Below, in pieces: positions 1 through 8,538 of a DNA stretch of 64,000 bases. The notes beneath the pieces were generated by a model. The model saw only the letters and a list, made by a program, of their open reading frames with translations, searched no databases and was not told where the DNA came from. The stretch spans positions 1,056,001-1,120,000 of the forward strand of contig CAVZZO010000001.1 of NCBI GenBank assembly GCA_963779755.1, written 5' to 3'. The DNA is from an uncultured Gemmatimonadales bacterium. GTDB lineage: Bacteria; Gemmatimonadota; Gemmatimonadetes; Gemmatimonadales; GWC2-71-9. The position numbers were made by a program, and so were the translations under genes. Each line of letters begins with the position of its first letter. Position 1 is the first letter of the stretch.

Positions 1-1165
1 CGTCCCGGATGAGCCGGGCGAAACGGGCCGAACCGGTGACGTTGGTGCGCTCGCCCACGTTCACGAAGAGCGTGTCCGGGGTAATCACCAGCGGCTCCAG
101 GCCGGCGAGCCGCGCATGCCGCGGGATTTCCGGCAGCCGGCGCGGTGCGACACCCGCCACCGCCTGCGCGATGGCGCGGATATGCTCCGGCGTCGTGCCG
201 CAGCAGCCGCCCACCAGGTTCACCGCTCCCTGCCGCGCCAGGTCGCCCAGCACGGCCGCCATGGCCTCGGGCGTTTCGTCGTACTCGCCCAGCTCGTTGG
301 GCAGGCCGGCGTTGGGATGGGTGCTGACCGGCACCGGGGCCACGCGAGCCAGCTCCTGGACCCAGGGGCGCAGGGCACGGGCGCCCAGCGCGCAGTTGAG
401 CCCGACCGCCAGCGGCTCCGCATGGGCGACGCTGTACCAGAAGGCCTCGACCGTCTGGCCCGAGAGGGTCCGGCCGCTGGCGTCGGTGATGGTGCCCGAG
501 ATGAGCAGCGGCACGCGCTCGCCCAGGTCTTCGAAGAGCGACAGAATGGCGAACAGCGCCGCCTTGCAGTTCAGGGTATCGAACACCGTTTCGACCAGCA
601 GCAGGTCGGCGCCGCCTTCCAGCAGCGCGCGCGCCGCCTCGCTGTAGGCGGCCACCAGCTGATCGAAGGTGATGTTCCGGAAGCCGGGGTTGGTGACATC
701 GGGCGAGATGGACGCCGTCCGGTTGGTGGGGCCCAGCACCCCGGCCACGAACCGGGGCCGGTGGTCGCGCGTCTCCCAGCGGTCCGCGGCGCGCCGGGCC
801 AGCTCGGCACCCGCACGGTTCAGCTCGGGGACGAGCGCTTCCAGGCCGTAATCGGCCTGGGCCACACGCGTGCTGTTGAACGTGTTGGTTTCGAGGATAT
901 CGGCGCCGGCTTCCAGGTAGCCGTCATGGATCGCCTCGATGATGTCCGGCTGCGTCAGCGTCAGGAGGTCGTTGTTGCCCCGGAGGTCGCGGGGATGCGC
1001 GCGGAATCGTTCGCCGCGGTAGCCGGCCTCATCCAGCCGGTGGCGCTGGATCATGGTGCCCATGGCGCCGTCCAGCACCAGGATGCGCTGCTGGAGCAGG
1101 GCGGGCAGCCGGGCCAGCCGGGCGGCCCGGGTATGCGGGTGGGTGATACTGCCGGATGGACTCAC
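1..1165 (-). CDS. metH: Cobalamin-dependent methionine synthase (5' part; runs off window start)
   Basis: Manual minus-strand translation from GTG 1165: ...[16 protein letters not shown]...DLRGNNDLL..., ending in the [11 protein letters not shown] region; GGAG SD at 1177-1180; absent from the ORF track because no stop falls in the window. Confidence 0.95.
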   Translation of the reverse strand, partial: MSPSGSITHPHTRAARLARLPALLQQRILVLDGAMGTMIQRHRLDEAGYRGERFRAHPRDLRGNNDLLTLTQPDIIEAIHDGYLEAGADILETNTFNSTRVAQADYGLEALVPELNRAGAELARRAADRWETRDHRPRFVAGVLGPTNRTASISPDVTNPGFRNITFDQLVAAYSEAARALLEGGADLLLVETVFDTLNCKAALFAILSLFEDLGERVPLLISGTITDASGRTLSGQTVEAFWYSVAHAEPLAVGLNCALGARALRPWVQELARVAPVPVSTHPNAGLPNELGEYDETPEAMAAVLGDLARQGAVNLVGGCCGTTPEHIRAIAQAVAGVAPRRLPEIPRHARLAGLEPLVITPDTLFVNVGERTNVTGSARFARLIRD

Positions 1166-1183
1166 AGTGGGCGGGGCTCCTTC

Positions 1184-1218
1184 AACACAAAGGCCTCGGG
1201 CTAAAACGGCCGCGAGGC
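1184..1218 (-). terminator. Putative riboswitch-controlled intrinsic terminator upstream of metH
   Basis: GCCUCG(C)GGC-loop-GCCCGAGGC followed by CUUUGUGUU; mutually exclusive with the GCUAAAACG/CGUUUUAGC hairpin at 1200-1229. Confidence 0.6.
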
Positions 1219-1270
1219 TGCGTTTTAGCGGGATGTTTAACGTGGCCGCAATCAGCGCAAATCGCCACGA
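1218..1270 (-). ncRNA. SAM-II (SAM_alpha) riboswitch aptamer
   Basis: Minus strand CGUGGC GAUUUG CGCUGA UUGCG GCCACG UUAAACAUC CCGCUAAAA CGCAG: P1 CGUGGC/GCCACG plus GAUUU, UUGC and GCUAAA motifs; upstream of metH. Confidence 0.88.
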
Positions 1271-1343
1271 ACTGGGGTCAGGATTCAGGAGTGAGGAGTG
1301 AAGGCCGCGGCCCCTCCCCTCGCCCCGCCCGACCGTATAGTCT

Positions 1344-1418
1344 GTCCTGCCGTCCTGCCGTCCTGCCGTCCTGCCGTCCTGCCGTCCTGCCGTCCTGCCG
1401 TCCTGCCGTCCTGCCGTC
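1344..1418. repeat. Perfect octamer tandem repeat (GTCCTGCC)x9
   Basis: Nine exact copies plus a partial GTC, read directly. Confidence 0.97.
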
Positions 1419-1461
1419 TTCAGATATAGCACCGCCTCTCATCAAAGACCAGTCGCGCCCT

Positions 1462-1761
1462 CTACAGCCCCAGCCGTTCCGCCGCCTCGCCGGGGGTAAT
1501 GCCTGCGATGATGACGGTCTTTCGCCGTCCGCTCTGGCCACTGGCGATCGTCACGGCCGACCGGCCCACCCGCAGCCGGCCCGCCAGGAAGCGGATCAGC
1601 GCGTCGTTGGCGGCGCCGTCGACCGGCGGGGAGGTGAGGCGAACGCGGAGCCGGCCGTCGTGGAGGCCGGCCAGGGCGCTGCGGGAGGCCCGGGGCTGCA
1701 CCAGCAGGTGCAACCGGACGCCCGTAGCACAGGGTTCCACCGGGGCATGGCCCGGCGTCAC
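1462..1761 (-). CDS. yggU: DUF167/YggU family protein
   Basis: LLVQPRASRS...VRLTSPPVDGAANDALIRFLA...SGQSGRRK; GTG start overlaps yggT stop (GTGA). Confidence 0.9.
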   Translation of the reverse strand: MTPGHAPVEPCATGVRLHLLVQPRASRSALAGLHDGRLRVRLTSPPVDGAANDALIRFLAGRLRVGRSAVTIASGQSGRRKTVIIAGITPGEAAERLGL

Positions 1762-2339
1762 GCCCGCAGCAGCTGGAAGAGAAACCACCGGATGATGATC
1801 AGTGCGAACCAGGCGACCAGGGGACTGAAGTCGAGCGGCCCCATGGCGGGCAGCAGGCGCCGGATGGGCACCACCAGCCAGTCGGTGAGCCGGTAGGCCA
1901 GACGCATGCCGCCGCCGAAGCGCGACGAGCCGATCCAGCTGCCGATCACCCGCAGCAGGAGGGCCAGGGCCAGGATCCAGTAGGCCAGGTTGATGGCCAG
2001 CCCCATCCAGGCGCGGGGCCCGCCGTGGGCGAGCGCCCCGGCGTAGAACACGGCATTGATGATCCAGTTGACCACCGCCAGCAGCAGCAGCCCGCCCACC
2101 AGAACGACGCCGGCGAGCCAGAGCGGGGCGTCCTGCGGGTTGCCGCCGAACCGCGCGACCCGTCGCTCGATGGGACGGAGGAGGGGATCGCTGATGGATC
2201 GTACCAGCCTGGGCCAGGGGCCGAACGCCTTCAAGCGGCCGCGGCGCACGGCCCAGTGCGTCGCCACCACCACACAGGCCAGCAGAAAGGCCCCCAGGAC
2301 TACCCAGCGCGTGACCGCGCCAATCCAGTAGACGATCAT
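1758..2339 (-). CDS. yggT: YggT family membrane protein
   Basis: Two YGGT repeats (SDPLLRPIERR; TDWLVVPIRRLLP..GPLDFSPLVA); adjacent to yggU. Confidence 0.9.
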   Translation of the reverse strand: MIVYWIGAVTRWVVLGAFLLACVVVATHWAVRRGRLKAFGPWPRLVRSISDPLLRPIERRVARFGGNPQDAPLWLAGVVLVGGLLLLAVVNWIINAVFYAGALAHGGPRAWMGLAINLAYWILALALLLRVIGSWIGSSRFGGGMRLAYRLTDWLVVPIRRLLPAMGPLDFSPLVAWFALIIIRWFLFQLLRA

Positions 2340-2345
2340 GTTCCC

Positions 2346-2786
2346 TCAGCGGGGGACGGTGAAGGTGGTCGTCCCGCCCCCGGCGTATTCGCAGGCGAGC
2401 GTATAACTGCCGCGGACCGTGGCATCCTCCAGAATAACCGGCGTGCCCCGGCAGGAGGCCAGCTGGTGTCCGGTGGTGTCCCGGAAGGCTACCGTCACCT
2501 CCGGGGTGCCATCCCGCGGAGTGAGCGTGCGGGCGGTCGTCGGGGTGAGCTGGTCGAGACCCAGCTCCCGCAACGACCGCGGCGCCTGGCCGCGATGAGA
2601 ACTGCGGTAGCTCATGGCCCGGTCGACGAGATCGTAAATCTCCCGACCCAGGACCTGCGCATCCTGCGCCGCGGTGGCGGGATGCGCCTGCGCGGCGGCG
2701 GGGGCCCGTGCCTCCTCGGCCGGCGGCTTCCGCTGGCAGCCCGCCAGCGGCAGGAGACCGGCGAACAGTATCAGGGATCGCACCAT
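2346..2786 (-). CDS. Hypothetical lipoprotein
   Basis: MVRSLILFAGLLPLAGC lipobox; ATG 2786 preferred because the longer ORF start lies in a repeat. Confidence 0.7.
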   Translation of the reverse strand: MVRSLILFAGLLPLAGCQRKPPAEEARAPAAAQAHPATAAQDAQVLGREIYDLVDRAMSYRSSHRGQAPRSLRELGLDQLTPTTARTLTPRDGTPEVTVAFRDTTGHQLASCRGTPVILEDATVRGSYTLACEYAGGGTTTFTVPR

Positions 2787-2816
2787 CAGTGGCCTGATTT
2801 CCGGAGAAGAATGATT

Positions 2817-2880
2817 CACAGATAACGCAGATGAGACAGATAACACAGATGGCACAGATGACTCAGATTACACGGATGAC
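2817..2880. repeat. Degenerate 9-nt period tandem repeat (CAGATnnnn, about 7 units)
   Basis: cagataacg cagatgaga cagataaca cagatggca cagatgact cagattaca cggatgac. Confidence 0.85.
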
Positions 2881-3024
2881 ACCGATTCCTCCAATCCGGT
2901 CGCTGCCTCCGGCCCTGGGCCCGGCAAGGATGGGCCGGCCCGAGACGGCTGCTGATCTGTGCCGTCGGTGGATACGAGAAAGCCCGGCCATGCGGCCGGG
3001 CTCCGGATTGTCTTTCGCCGGGGG

Positions 3025-3471
3025 TCAGGCGGGGACCGGGACCCCGATGCGTTTTTCCATGAGATACCAGGTTCCTCCACCGATGTAGGTCTCGCGGCGG
3101 AGCACCCGCTGCCAGCCGCAGGCGCAGAGCATCGCTTCCGAGCGGAGGTCTTCGGTCCAGAACTCCAGCAGGTGCGCGTCGGCCTCCAGGGCGCTCTGCT
3201 CGAATGCACCGAGCAGGCGGTGGGCGTGGCCCTGGTGGCGCTCTTCCGGGGTAATGGCCAACTCCTGCAGGTGGGCCACGCCGCCCTGCAGGGAGAAGCG
3301 CAGCCCGCCGATCCAGTCGCCGATTTCGTTGGTGAGCACCAGGTAGCGGTCCTCATGATGGACCGTGGAGCCGGTCTCTTCCTCATGCCGGAGCAGGAGC
3401 TCTTCGAACCACTCGGCGAACTCCTCGCCGCGCTCCATTTCTCTGATGGTGACCTCGCCGATATCCGACAT
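3025..3471 (-). CDS. GNAT family N-acetyltransferase
   Basis: LQELAITPEERHQGHAHRLL acetyl-CoA motif A; GGAG SD before ATG 3471. Confidence 0.8.
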   Translation of the reverse strand: MSDIGEVTIREMERGEEFAEWFEELLLRHEEETGSTVHHEDRYLVLTNEIGDWIGGLRFSLQGGVAHLQELAITPEERHQGHAHRLLGAFEQSALEADAHLLEFWTEDLRSEAMLCACGWQRVLRRETYIGGGTWYLMEKRIGVPVPA

Positions 3472-3514
3472 CGCACTCCATCCAGCGGTGTAGGGGGACT
3501 TGCAGACCGCAGGC

Positions 3515-3531
3515 TGCAACCTTGGTGCCAA
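3515..3531 (-). promoter_or_regulatory. Sigma54 -24/-12 promoter of the GNAT gene
   Basis: TTGGCACCAAGGTTGCA (GG-N10-GC) about 45 nt upstream of the start; IHF-like AGTCAACAGCTTG at 3615-3627. Confidence 0.7.
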
Positions 3532-3854
3532 CCGTCCCCGCCGGGGGTTACTCCATTATTGTAGCAGAAAAGCCGCGACGACTGTGGCTCCGATCACCCT
3601 TGTAAGATGATTCAAGTCAACAGCTTGTATCTTGCGGCCCGGACCGGATTTGGCCCGCCGCCCTGGGCCCGGAAACCCCGGGCGATTGCCCCTCACGGCC
3701 CGGCTTCGGCCCCGGTTGTACCCTGAGAGGACGGTGCGCCGGCCCGGGGATGCACGTTGATATAACGCCGCGGACCGCCGGAAGTTCCGCAAGGCGCACG
3801 TGCGGGTGATTATTTTCCTGTGGCACTCACGCGCTTCGGCGCCTGGAGGACTAC

Positions 3855-4304
3855 ATGCCGACGACATCAACCGCTCACCGCTCCGCCACCATCCGTTGCC
3901 CCTTTTGCAGCACGCTCAACCGGGTTGATCTGACACGGCTGGGGCAGGGGCCCAAGTGTTCGGAGTGCGGCAAGCCGCTGCGGCTTGACCGGCCGGTAAA
4001 GGCAACCGACGCCGATTTCCAGCAGACCATTGCGAATACCAGCGTGCCGGTGGTGGTGGACTTCTACGCCGACTGGTGCGGTCCCTGCAAGATGATGGCG
4101 CCGGTGCTGGATGATTTCGCGCACCAGCACGCCGGGCAGGTGCTGGTGCTCAAACTCGATACCGACGCCAATCCCGCCACCGCCCAGCGGTTCGGCATCC
4201 GGGGCATTCCGACGCTGATCGCGTTCCGGCAGGGCCAGGAGGCGGCGCGCCGGGTGGGGCTGGTGCAGCGGCCGGAGCTGGACGCGCTGGTGGCCGGCAC
4301 CTAG
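3855..4304 (+). CDS. trxC: Thioredoxin 2 with N-terminal zinc finger
   Basis: CPFC...CSEC zinc finger plus WCGPC active site; GGAGG SD. Confidence 0.93.
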   Translation: MPTTSTAHRSATIRCPFCSTLNRVDLTRLGQGPKCSECGKPLRLDRPVKATDADFQQTIANTSVPVVVDFYADWCGPCKMMAPVLDDFAHQHAGQVLVLKLDTDANPATAQRFGIRGIPTLIAFRQGQEAARRVGLVQRPELDALVAGT

Positions 4305-5668
4305 CGCAGACCCACGGCGATGGCCGTCAGGAGCAGGGCGACCGCGAAGAGGCCCAGCGCCAGCAGCATGGGCACCACGAAACGGAGCCAGCGTCCGAAG
4401 CCCACGCCCGCGGCGGCGAGGATGGCCATGAGCGCTCCGTTGGTGGGGGTAATCAACTCGCAGAAGCCGGCGCCCAGCTGGTAGGCCAGCACGGTCACCT
4501 GGCGGGTGAGCCCCAGCAGGTCCGACAGCGGCACCAGGATCGGCATGGTCAGTACCGCCTCGCCGCTGACGCTGGGCACGGGCACGTGGAGAAGGGCCTC
4601 GACGGCCATGATGCCCAGGGCCGACAGCTGCCGGGGCAGTGAGGCAATGGGGGCGAACATGCCCTGGACGATCGTGTCGATGATGCGGCCGTCCTGCAGT
4701 ACCACCGAGATGGTCCGGGCGAAGCCGATGAGCAGGGCCGCGTAGGCCATGGACCGGAACCCCGCGACGAAGGCATCCGCCGTTCCGCCTGCCCCGAGGC
4801 CGCCGAGCAGCCCCGCGACCACGCCCATCACGAAGAACAGGGCCGACATCTGGTCGAAGTCCCAGCCCAGTCCCAGGATCCCGTAGACGAATACCACGAA
4901 GGTGAGCAGGACCAGGAGCAGCACCGCCAGGCGCCGTCCGCCGCCGGTCGCGGCCGCTTCGGCCGGCGGGGCTTCGGCCGCGACCCGGTGGCGCCGGGCG
5001 TAGCGCATGGTGCCCCAGATCCAGATGCCCAGCCCGATGGCCAGGGCTGCCAGCCGGAACCCGGCGCCGGAGCCCAGGGGCAGCTGCGCCAGCTTCTGGG
5101 CGATCTGTACCTGGAAGGGATTGACCGGGCTCAGCGCGGCGCCCACCGCGGCCGCGCCGAGGCTCACGGCCACGGCGGTCAGCTCGTCAAAGCCCAGCCG
5201 GCGGGTGAGCAGCAGCAGCACCGGCACGAAGGCGATGATCTCCTCCTGCATGTTCTCCAGCGCGCCCGCCGCCGCGAAGGCGATGCAGGTAACGGGAATG
5301 ACCAGGATCTCGCTGTGCTGCAGCGCGCGCGCCAGCGCGTGCACGCCCTCGTTCAGGGCGCCGGTCCGCTCCACCACGGTAAATGCGCCGCCGATCAGGA
5401 AGACGAGGAAGATCACGCTGGCGGCGTCGGCCATGCCGCGGGGGATGGCCACCATGGCCGCGAAGGGACCAACCGGCGCCGGCTCCACATGGTGATAGGT
5501 GCCGGCGACGACCACCTCCCGGCCAGTGGCCGGGTCCTCCCGCCGCTGGTACTGCCCGGCCGGGAGGATGTAGCTCAGCGCGGCCGCCAGGATGATGCAG
5601 GCGGTGAGGAGGACAAGGGGATGGGGAAAGCGGAGCCGGCCGGCGCCGGCGCTCACCGGGTCCGGCAC
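4301..5668 (-). CDS. YfcC family (C4-dicarboxylate anaerobic carrier-like) transporter
   Basis: FPHPLVLL...PAGQY...NPFQVQIAQKLA...PSVSGEAVLTMPILVPL...ITPTNG; about 12 hydrophobic segments. Confidence 0.85.
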   Translation of the reverse strand: MPDPVSAGAGRLRFPHPLVLLTACIILAAALSYILPAGQYQRREDPATGREVVVAGTYHHVEPAPVGPFAAMVAIPRGMADAASVIFLVFLIGGAFTVVERTGALNEGVHALARALQHSEILVIPVTCIAFAAAGALENMQEEIIAFVPVLLLLTRRLGFDELTAVAVSLGAAAVGAALSPVNPFQVQIAQKLAQLPLGSGAGFRLAALAIGLGIWIWGTMRYARRHRVAAEAPPAEAAATGGGRRLAVLLLVLLTFVVFVYGILGLGWDFDQMSALFFVMGVVAGLLGGLGAGGTADAFVAGFRSMAYAALLIGFARTISVVLQDGRIIDTIVQGMFAPIASLPRQLSALGIMAVEALLHVPVPSVSGEAVLTMPILVPLSDLLGLTRQVTVLAYQLGAGFCELITPTNGALMAILAAAGVGFGRWLRFVVPMLLALGLFAVALLLTAIAVGLR

Positions 5669-5922
5669 TGCCGGGTGGCAGGGGGCTTGTTGCCGCAGGC
5701 GATGGTCTCGTTCATGCCGGTGGCCAGCACGCCGCAGGCGGTGCGCTGGGCCGACTGCGCCGCTTCCTCCTCGTTCTCATGCGAGGCAGTGGCGCAGTTG
5801 CGCTGGCCGTTGAATTCGACGCAGACCTCGCAGGTCGCCTTCTGGGCGGAGAGGGTGTTATAGAGCAACAGCCCCGCGAAGGCGACCACCGCGATGATGG
5901 TCAGAATGGTGGATTTGCGCAT
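5653..5922 (-). CDS. Small exported/membrane-anchored protein with six Cys
   Basis: N-terminal hydrophobic helix, CEVC plus four more Cys; sits within the operon. Confidence 0.75.
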   Translation of the reverse strand: MRKSTILTIIAVVAFAGLLLYNTLSAQKATCEVCVEFNGQRNCATASHENEEEAAQSAQRTACGVLATGMNETIACGNKPPATRQCRTR

Positions 5923-5929
5923 GGGATTC

Positions 5930-6655
5930 CTAGCCGCGGGCGAACGACAGCAGGGCGGGCAGGGAGCCCAGAATGAACATGATGGCGCCTACCCCGGCGG
6001 CCTGGCCGGTGGAAATCCTGCCCTTGATCCGGATTCCCAGCGCCAGCAGAACCGTGGACCAGATGATGAAAAGGTCGACCCGTCCCAGCAGCGCCAGCAC
6101 GCCGGCACTGGTATGTGTCGGGTCGGCAAAGCGGGCGAGGCTCAGGCTGACATCGGCCACGCCGTGAATCTTCTCCGGCGGCAGCAGGGCGGCCAGCACC
6201 GCCATGACGATCCACTGCACCAGGCGCGGATAGTAGGAGAACACGGCGACCATGACGGCGCCCCCCAGCATGGCGGTGGATGAGAACAGCTTGCCCACCA
6301 CCCAGAGCACCACGCCCACCACCAGCGGGAGGATCAGCGTACTCAAGATGATGCCGATGCCGGCGAACTTGCGGCTGATTTCCATCCCCCGCTGCACCTG
6401 TTCCTGGGTGAGCTGCGGGTTCTTGGCCAGCGCGGCCTGCACCTGACGCGAGGTCTCCGCGTCGAACACCGGCGTCATCAGGCCGCGGGTCGCGAAATAC
6501 AGCACGGCGGTCAGCACCACCAGCACCAGCAGCGGCAGGACGATGTTGCTGCCGTCCCGCCGCTCGAACACCTTTCCCGGAGCGTAGAAGATCTCGAAAA
6601 TGTCTTCCCAGAAGGCGGCCTTGGGTTCCTGCGGAGGAGCAGCCGTGGCAGTCAT
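5930..6655 (-). CDS. Yip1 family membrane protein
   Basis: EIFYAPGKVFER, about five TM segments, DLFIIWSTVLLALG. Confidence 0.8.
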   Translation of the reverse strand: MTATAAPPQEPKAAFWEDIFEIFYAPGKVFERRDGSNIVLPLLVLVVLTAVLYFATRGLMTPVFDAETSRQVQAALAKNPQLTQEQVQRGMEISRKFAGIGIILSTLILPLVVGVVLWVVGKLFSSTAMLGGAVMVAVFSYYPRLVQWIVMAVLAALLPPEKIHGVADVSLSLARFADPTHTSAGVLALLGRVDLFIIWSTVLLALGIRIKGRISTGQAAGVGAIMFILGSLPALLSFARG

Positions 6656-6668
6656 GGGATGGCTCCGG

Positions 6669-6995
6669 TCAGCGGGGAACGGTGATGGTGCTGGTGATCC
6701 ACTTCAGGTAGTCGGCGCTGCCCGCCTCGAGCGGCAGCGCGATGATTTCGGGAACCTCATAGGGATGCAGCGCGCGAATACGACGCTCCAGCGCCGGCCA
6801 GGCCTCGGCGGTCGTCTTGCAGTGACAATACCACTCCTCGGCCGTCTCCACCTTGCCCTGCCAGCGATAGGTGCTCGCGACCGGGCCCGCCACCTGGGCG
6901 CAGGCCGCCAGCCGCTCTTCCACCAGCCGGGCCGCGAGCTGCTCCGCCTCCTGCCGCGAACCCAGGGCGGTGGTTACCTGGAGATAGGGCTGCAC
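6669..6995 (-). CDS. cutA: Divalent-cation tolerance protein CutA
   Basis: LVEERLAACAQV..STYRWQGKVETAEE..KTT..HPYEVPEII; GTG start 6995. Confidence 0.95.
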   Translation of the reverse strand: MQPYLQVTTALGSRQEAEQLAARLVEERLAACAQVAGPVASTYRWQGKVETAEEWYCHCKTTAEAWPALERRIRALHPYEVPEIIALPLEAGSADYLKWITSTITVPR

Positions 6996-7009
6996 CGGCC
7001 GGCGAGAGG

Positions 7010-7375
7010 TTACTGGGCCGGGATCTTGGTGTCGTCGCCCCGCTTGCCGTCGGCGATGGGGTCGATGGCGGTCCGCCACCCATCCTTGAACTCCACCGTG
7101 AGCCGGTGCGCCTGGGTATCGGCCTCGATGCTCACGATGTCCGGGAACTTGCGGGCATAGGCCAGGGCGACGCGCGCCTGCGACCCCGAGCCCGAGTTGT
7201 AGGGCCGCGCATATTCCCGCCCGATGGCGACGACGATAGCCTGATCCCGCCCGTAGGAGGCGAACTTGTCGGCGTCGATCAGGCCCTTCTGGCTGGAGAC
7301 GTGGTCGTAGTAATCGTACGACCGGCAGCCAGTGGCCAGAAGGCCGGCGGCGAGCAGGAGGGCAAGGCGCTTCAT
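7010..7375 (-). CDS. Hypothetical lipoprotein
   Basis: MKRLALLLAAGLLATGC lipobox. Confidence 0.8.
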   Translation of the reverse strand: MKRLALLLAAGLLATGCRSYDYYDHVSSQKGLIDADKFASYGRDQAIVVAIGREYARPYNSGSGSQARVALAYARKFPDIVSIEADTQAHRLTVEFKDGWRTAIDPIADGKRGDDTKIPAQ

Positions 7376-7523
7376 CGGGTATCCCGGGTAAGAGTGACCG
7401 GCTCAAAAGTCATTCCGGGGGCGCTGGATGTAAAGTCCCGGGACCGATATCCTCCATGGCCGGCGGGCCTCCGCCCCTCGTTCGGTTGCCTGCATTCTCT
7501 TCTCGGCAGGAGTCCGGGAGCCC

Positions 7524-8459
7524 ATGACATCCACGCGCGCTCTTTTCGTCTCCCTCCTGGCCCTGCTGCTGCCGGCCGCCGCCCATGCCCAGGATTCGTT
7601 GTCGGGCTCCCTGGTGGTGTTCAACGCCGGGTCGCTGGCGCGGCCGTTCCACGCGCTGCTCGCCGCCTTCGCCGCCGATCATCCCGGGGTGCGGCCCGCG
7701 CAGGAAAACTCCGGCAGCCTGGAGGCGGCCCGGAAGCTCACCGACCTGGGCAAGATCCCCGACGTGCTGGGCGTGGCGGATTACCACATCCTCCCGTCCC
7801 TCATCGTTCCCAGGTTCGCGCCGTGGTACCTGCTCTTCGCCCGGAACCGGATGGTCATCATCTACTCCGGCCAGTCCATCGGGGCCCGGGAGATCAACGG
7901 GCAGAACTGGTGGCGGGTGGTGCAGCGGCCCGGGGTGCGGGCCGGGCGCTCCGAGCCCGCGCTGGACCCCAACGGATATCGCACCCTGATGGTTTTTCAG
8001 CTGGCGGAGCGGTATTACCGCCGGCCGGGGCTGGAAGCCAGGCTGCTCCGGGCCTTTCCGAAGACCTACATGCGGCCCAAGGAGGCCGATCTGACGGCGC
8101 TGGTGCAGGCGGGGGAGCTGGACTACGCCTTTTCCTATGTATCGATTGCCCGCGCGAGCGGGCTGAGATACGTGACGCTGCCCGACTCGATCGACCTGGG
8201 CGACCCCAGCCTGGCCCGGTGGTACAGCGAGGCCGCGGTGCGCCTGCCCGGGGCCACCCGAAAGGACACCGTCACCTTCCGTGGCGAACCGATCGTCTAT
8301 GGACTCACCATCCCGGCCGATGCCCCCCATCCGGCGCTGGCCCGGGCCTTCGTCCGATTCGCGCTCTCCAGGCGGGGAGAGGAGCTGATGCGCGAGGCGG
8401 GGCTGGAGGTGCTCGAATCCCCCGTTATCAGGGGCAGGGAAGCGCCCAACCTGAAATAG
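7524..8459 (+). CDS. wtpA: Tungstate/molybdate ABC substrate-binding protein, WtpA type
   Basis: Signal peptide; NAGSL, SGS, DPNGYR, RPKE, YGLTIP motifs. Confidence 0.8.
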   Translation: MTSTRALFVSLLALLLPAAAHAQDSLSGSLVVFNAGSLARPFHALLAAFAADHPGVRPAQENSGSLEAARKLTDLGKIPDVLGVADYHILPSLIVPRFAPWYLLFARNRMVIIYSGQSIGAREINGQNWWRVVQRPGVRAGRSEPALDPNGYRTLMVFQLAERYYRRPGLEARLLRAFPKTYMRPKEADLTALVQAGELDYAFSYVSIARASGLRYVTLPDSIDLGDPSLARWYSEAAVRLPGATRKDTVTFRGEPIVYGLTIPADAPHPALARAFVRFALSRRGEELMREAGLEVLESPVIRGREAPNLK

Positions 8460-8538
8460 GTTGTCCCTTGTCCCCTGTCCCTTCTCCCTCTAACCTCCCC
8501 CCGTTCCTCATTCCTGACCCCTGTTCCCGGTTTCTGAC

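Noticed and set aside
9..1204. Plus-strand ORFs of 212 and 362 aa
   Set aside because: Shadows of metH on the minus strand
1156..1896. ORFs with peptide repeats (SCRPAVLP / GRQDGRTA)
   Set aside because: Translations of the octamer DNA repeat; the longer one also overlaps the riboswitch and yggU
5653..5922. c-type cytochrome as a Ccm substrate
   Set aside because: CEVCV lacks the His of CxxCH
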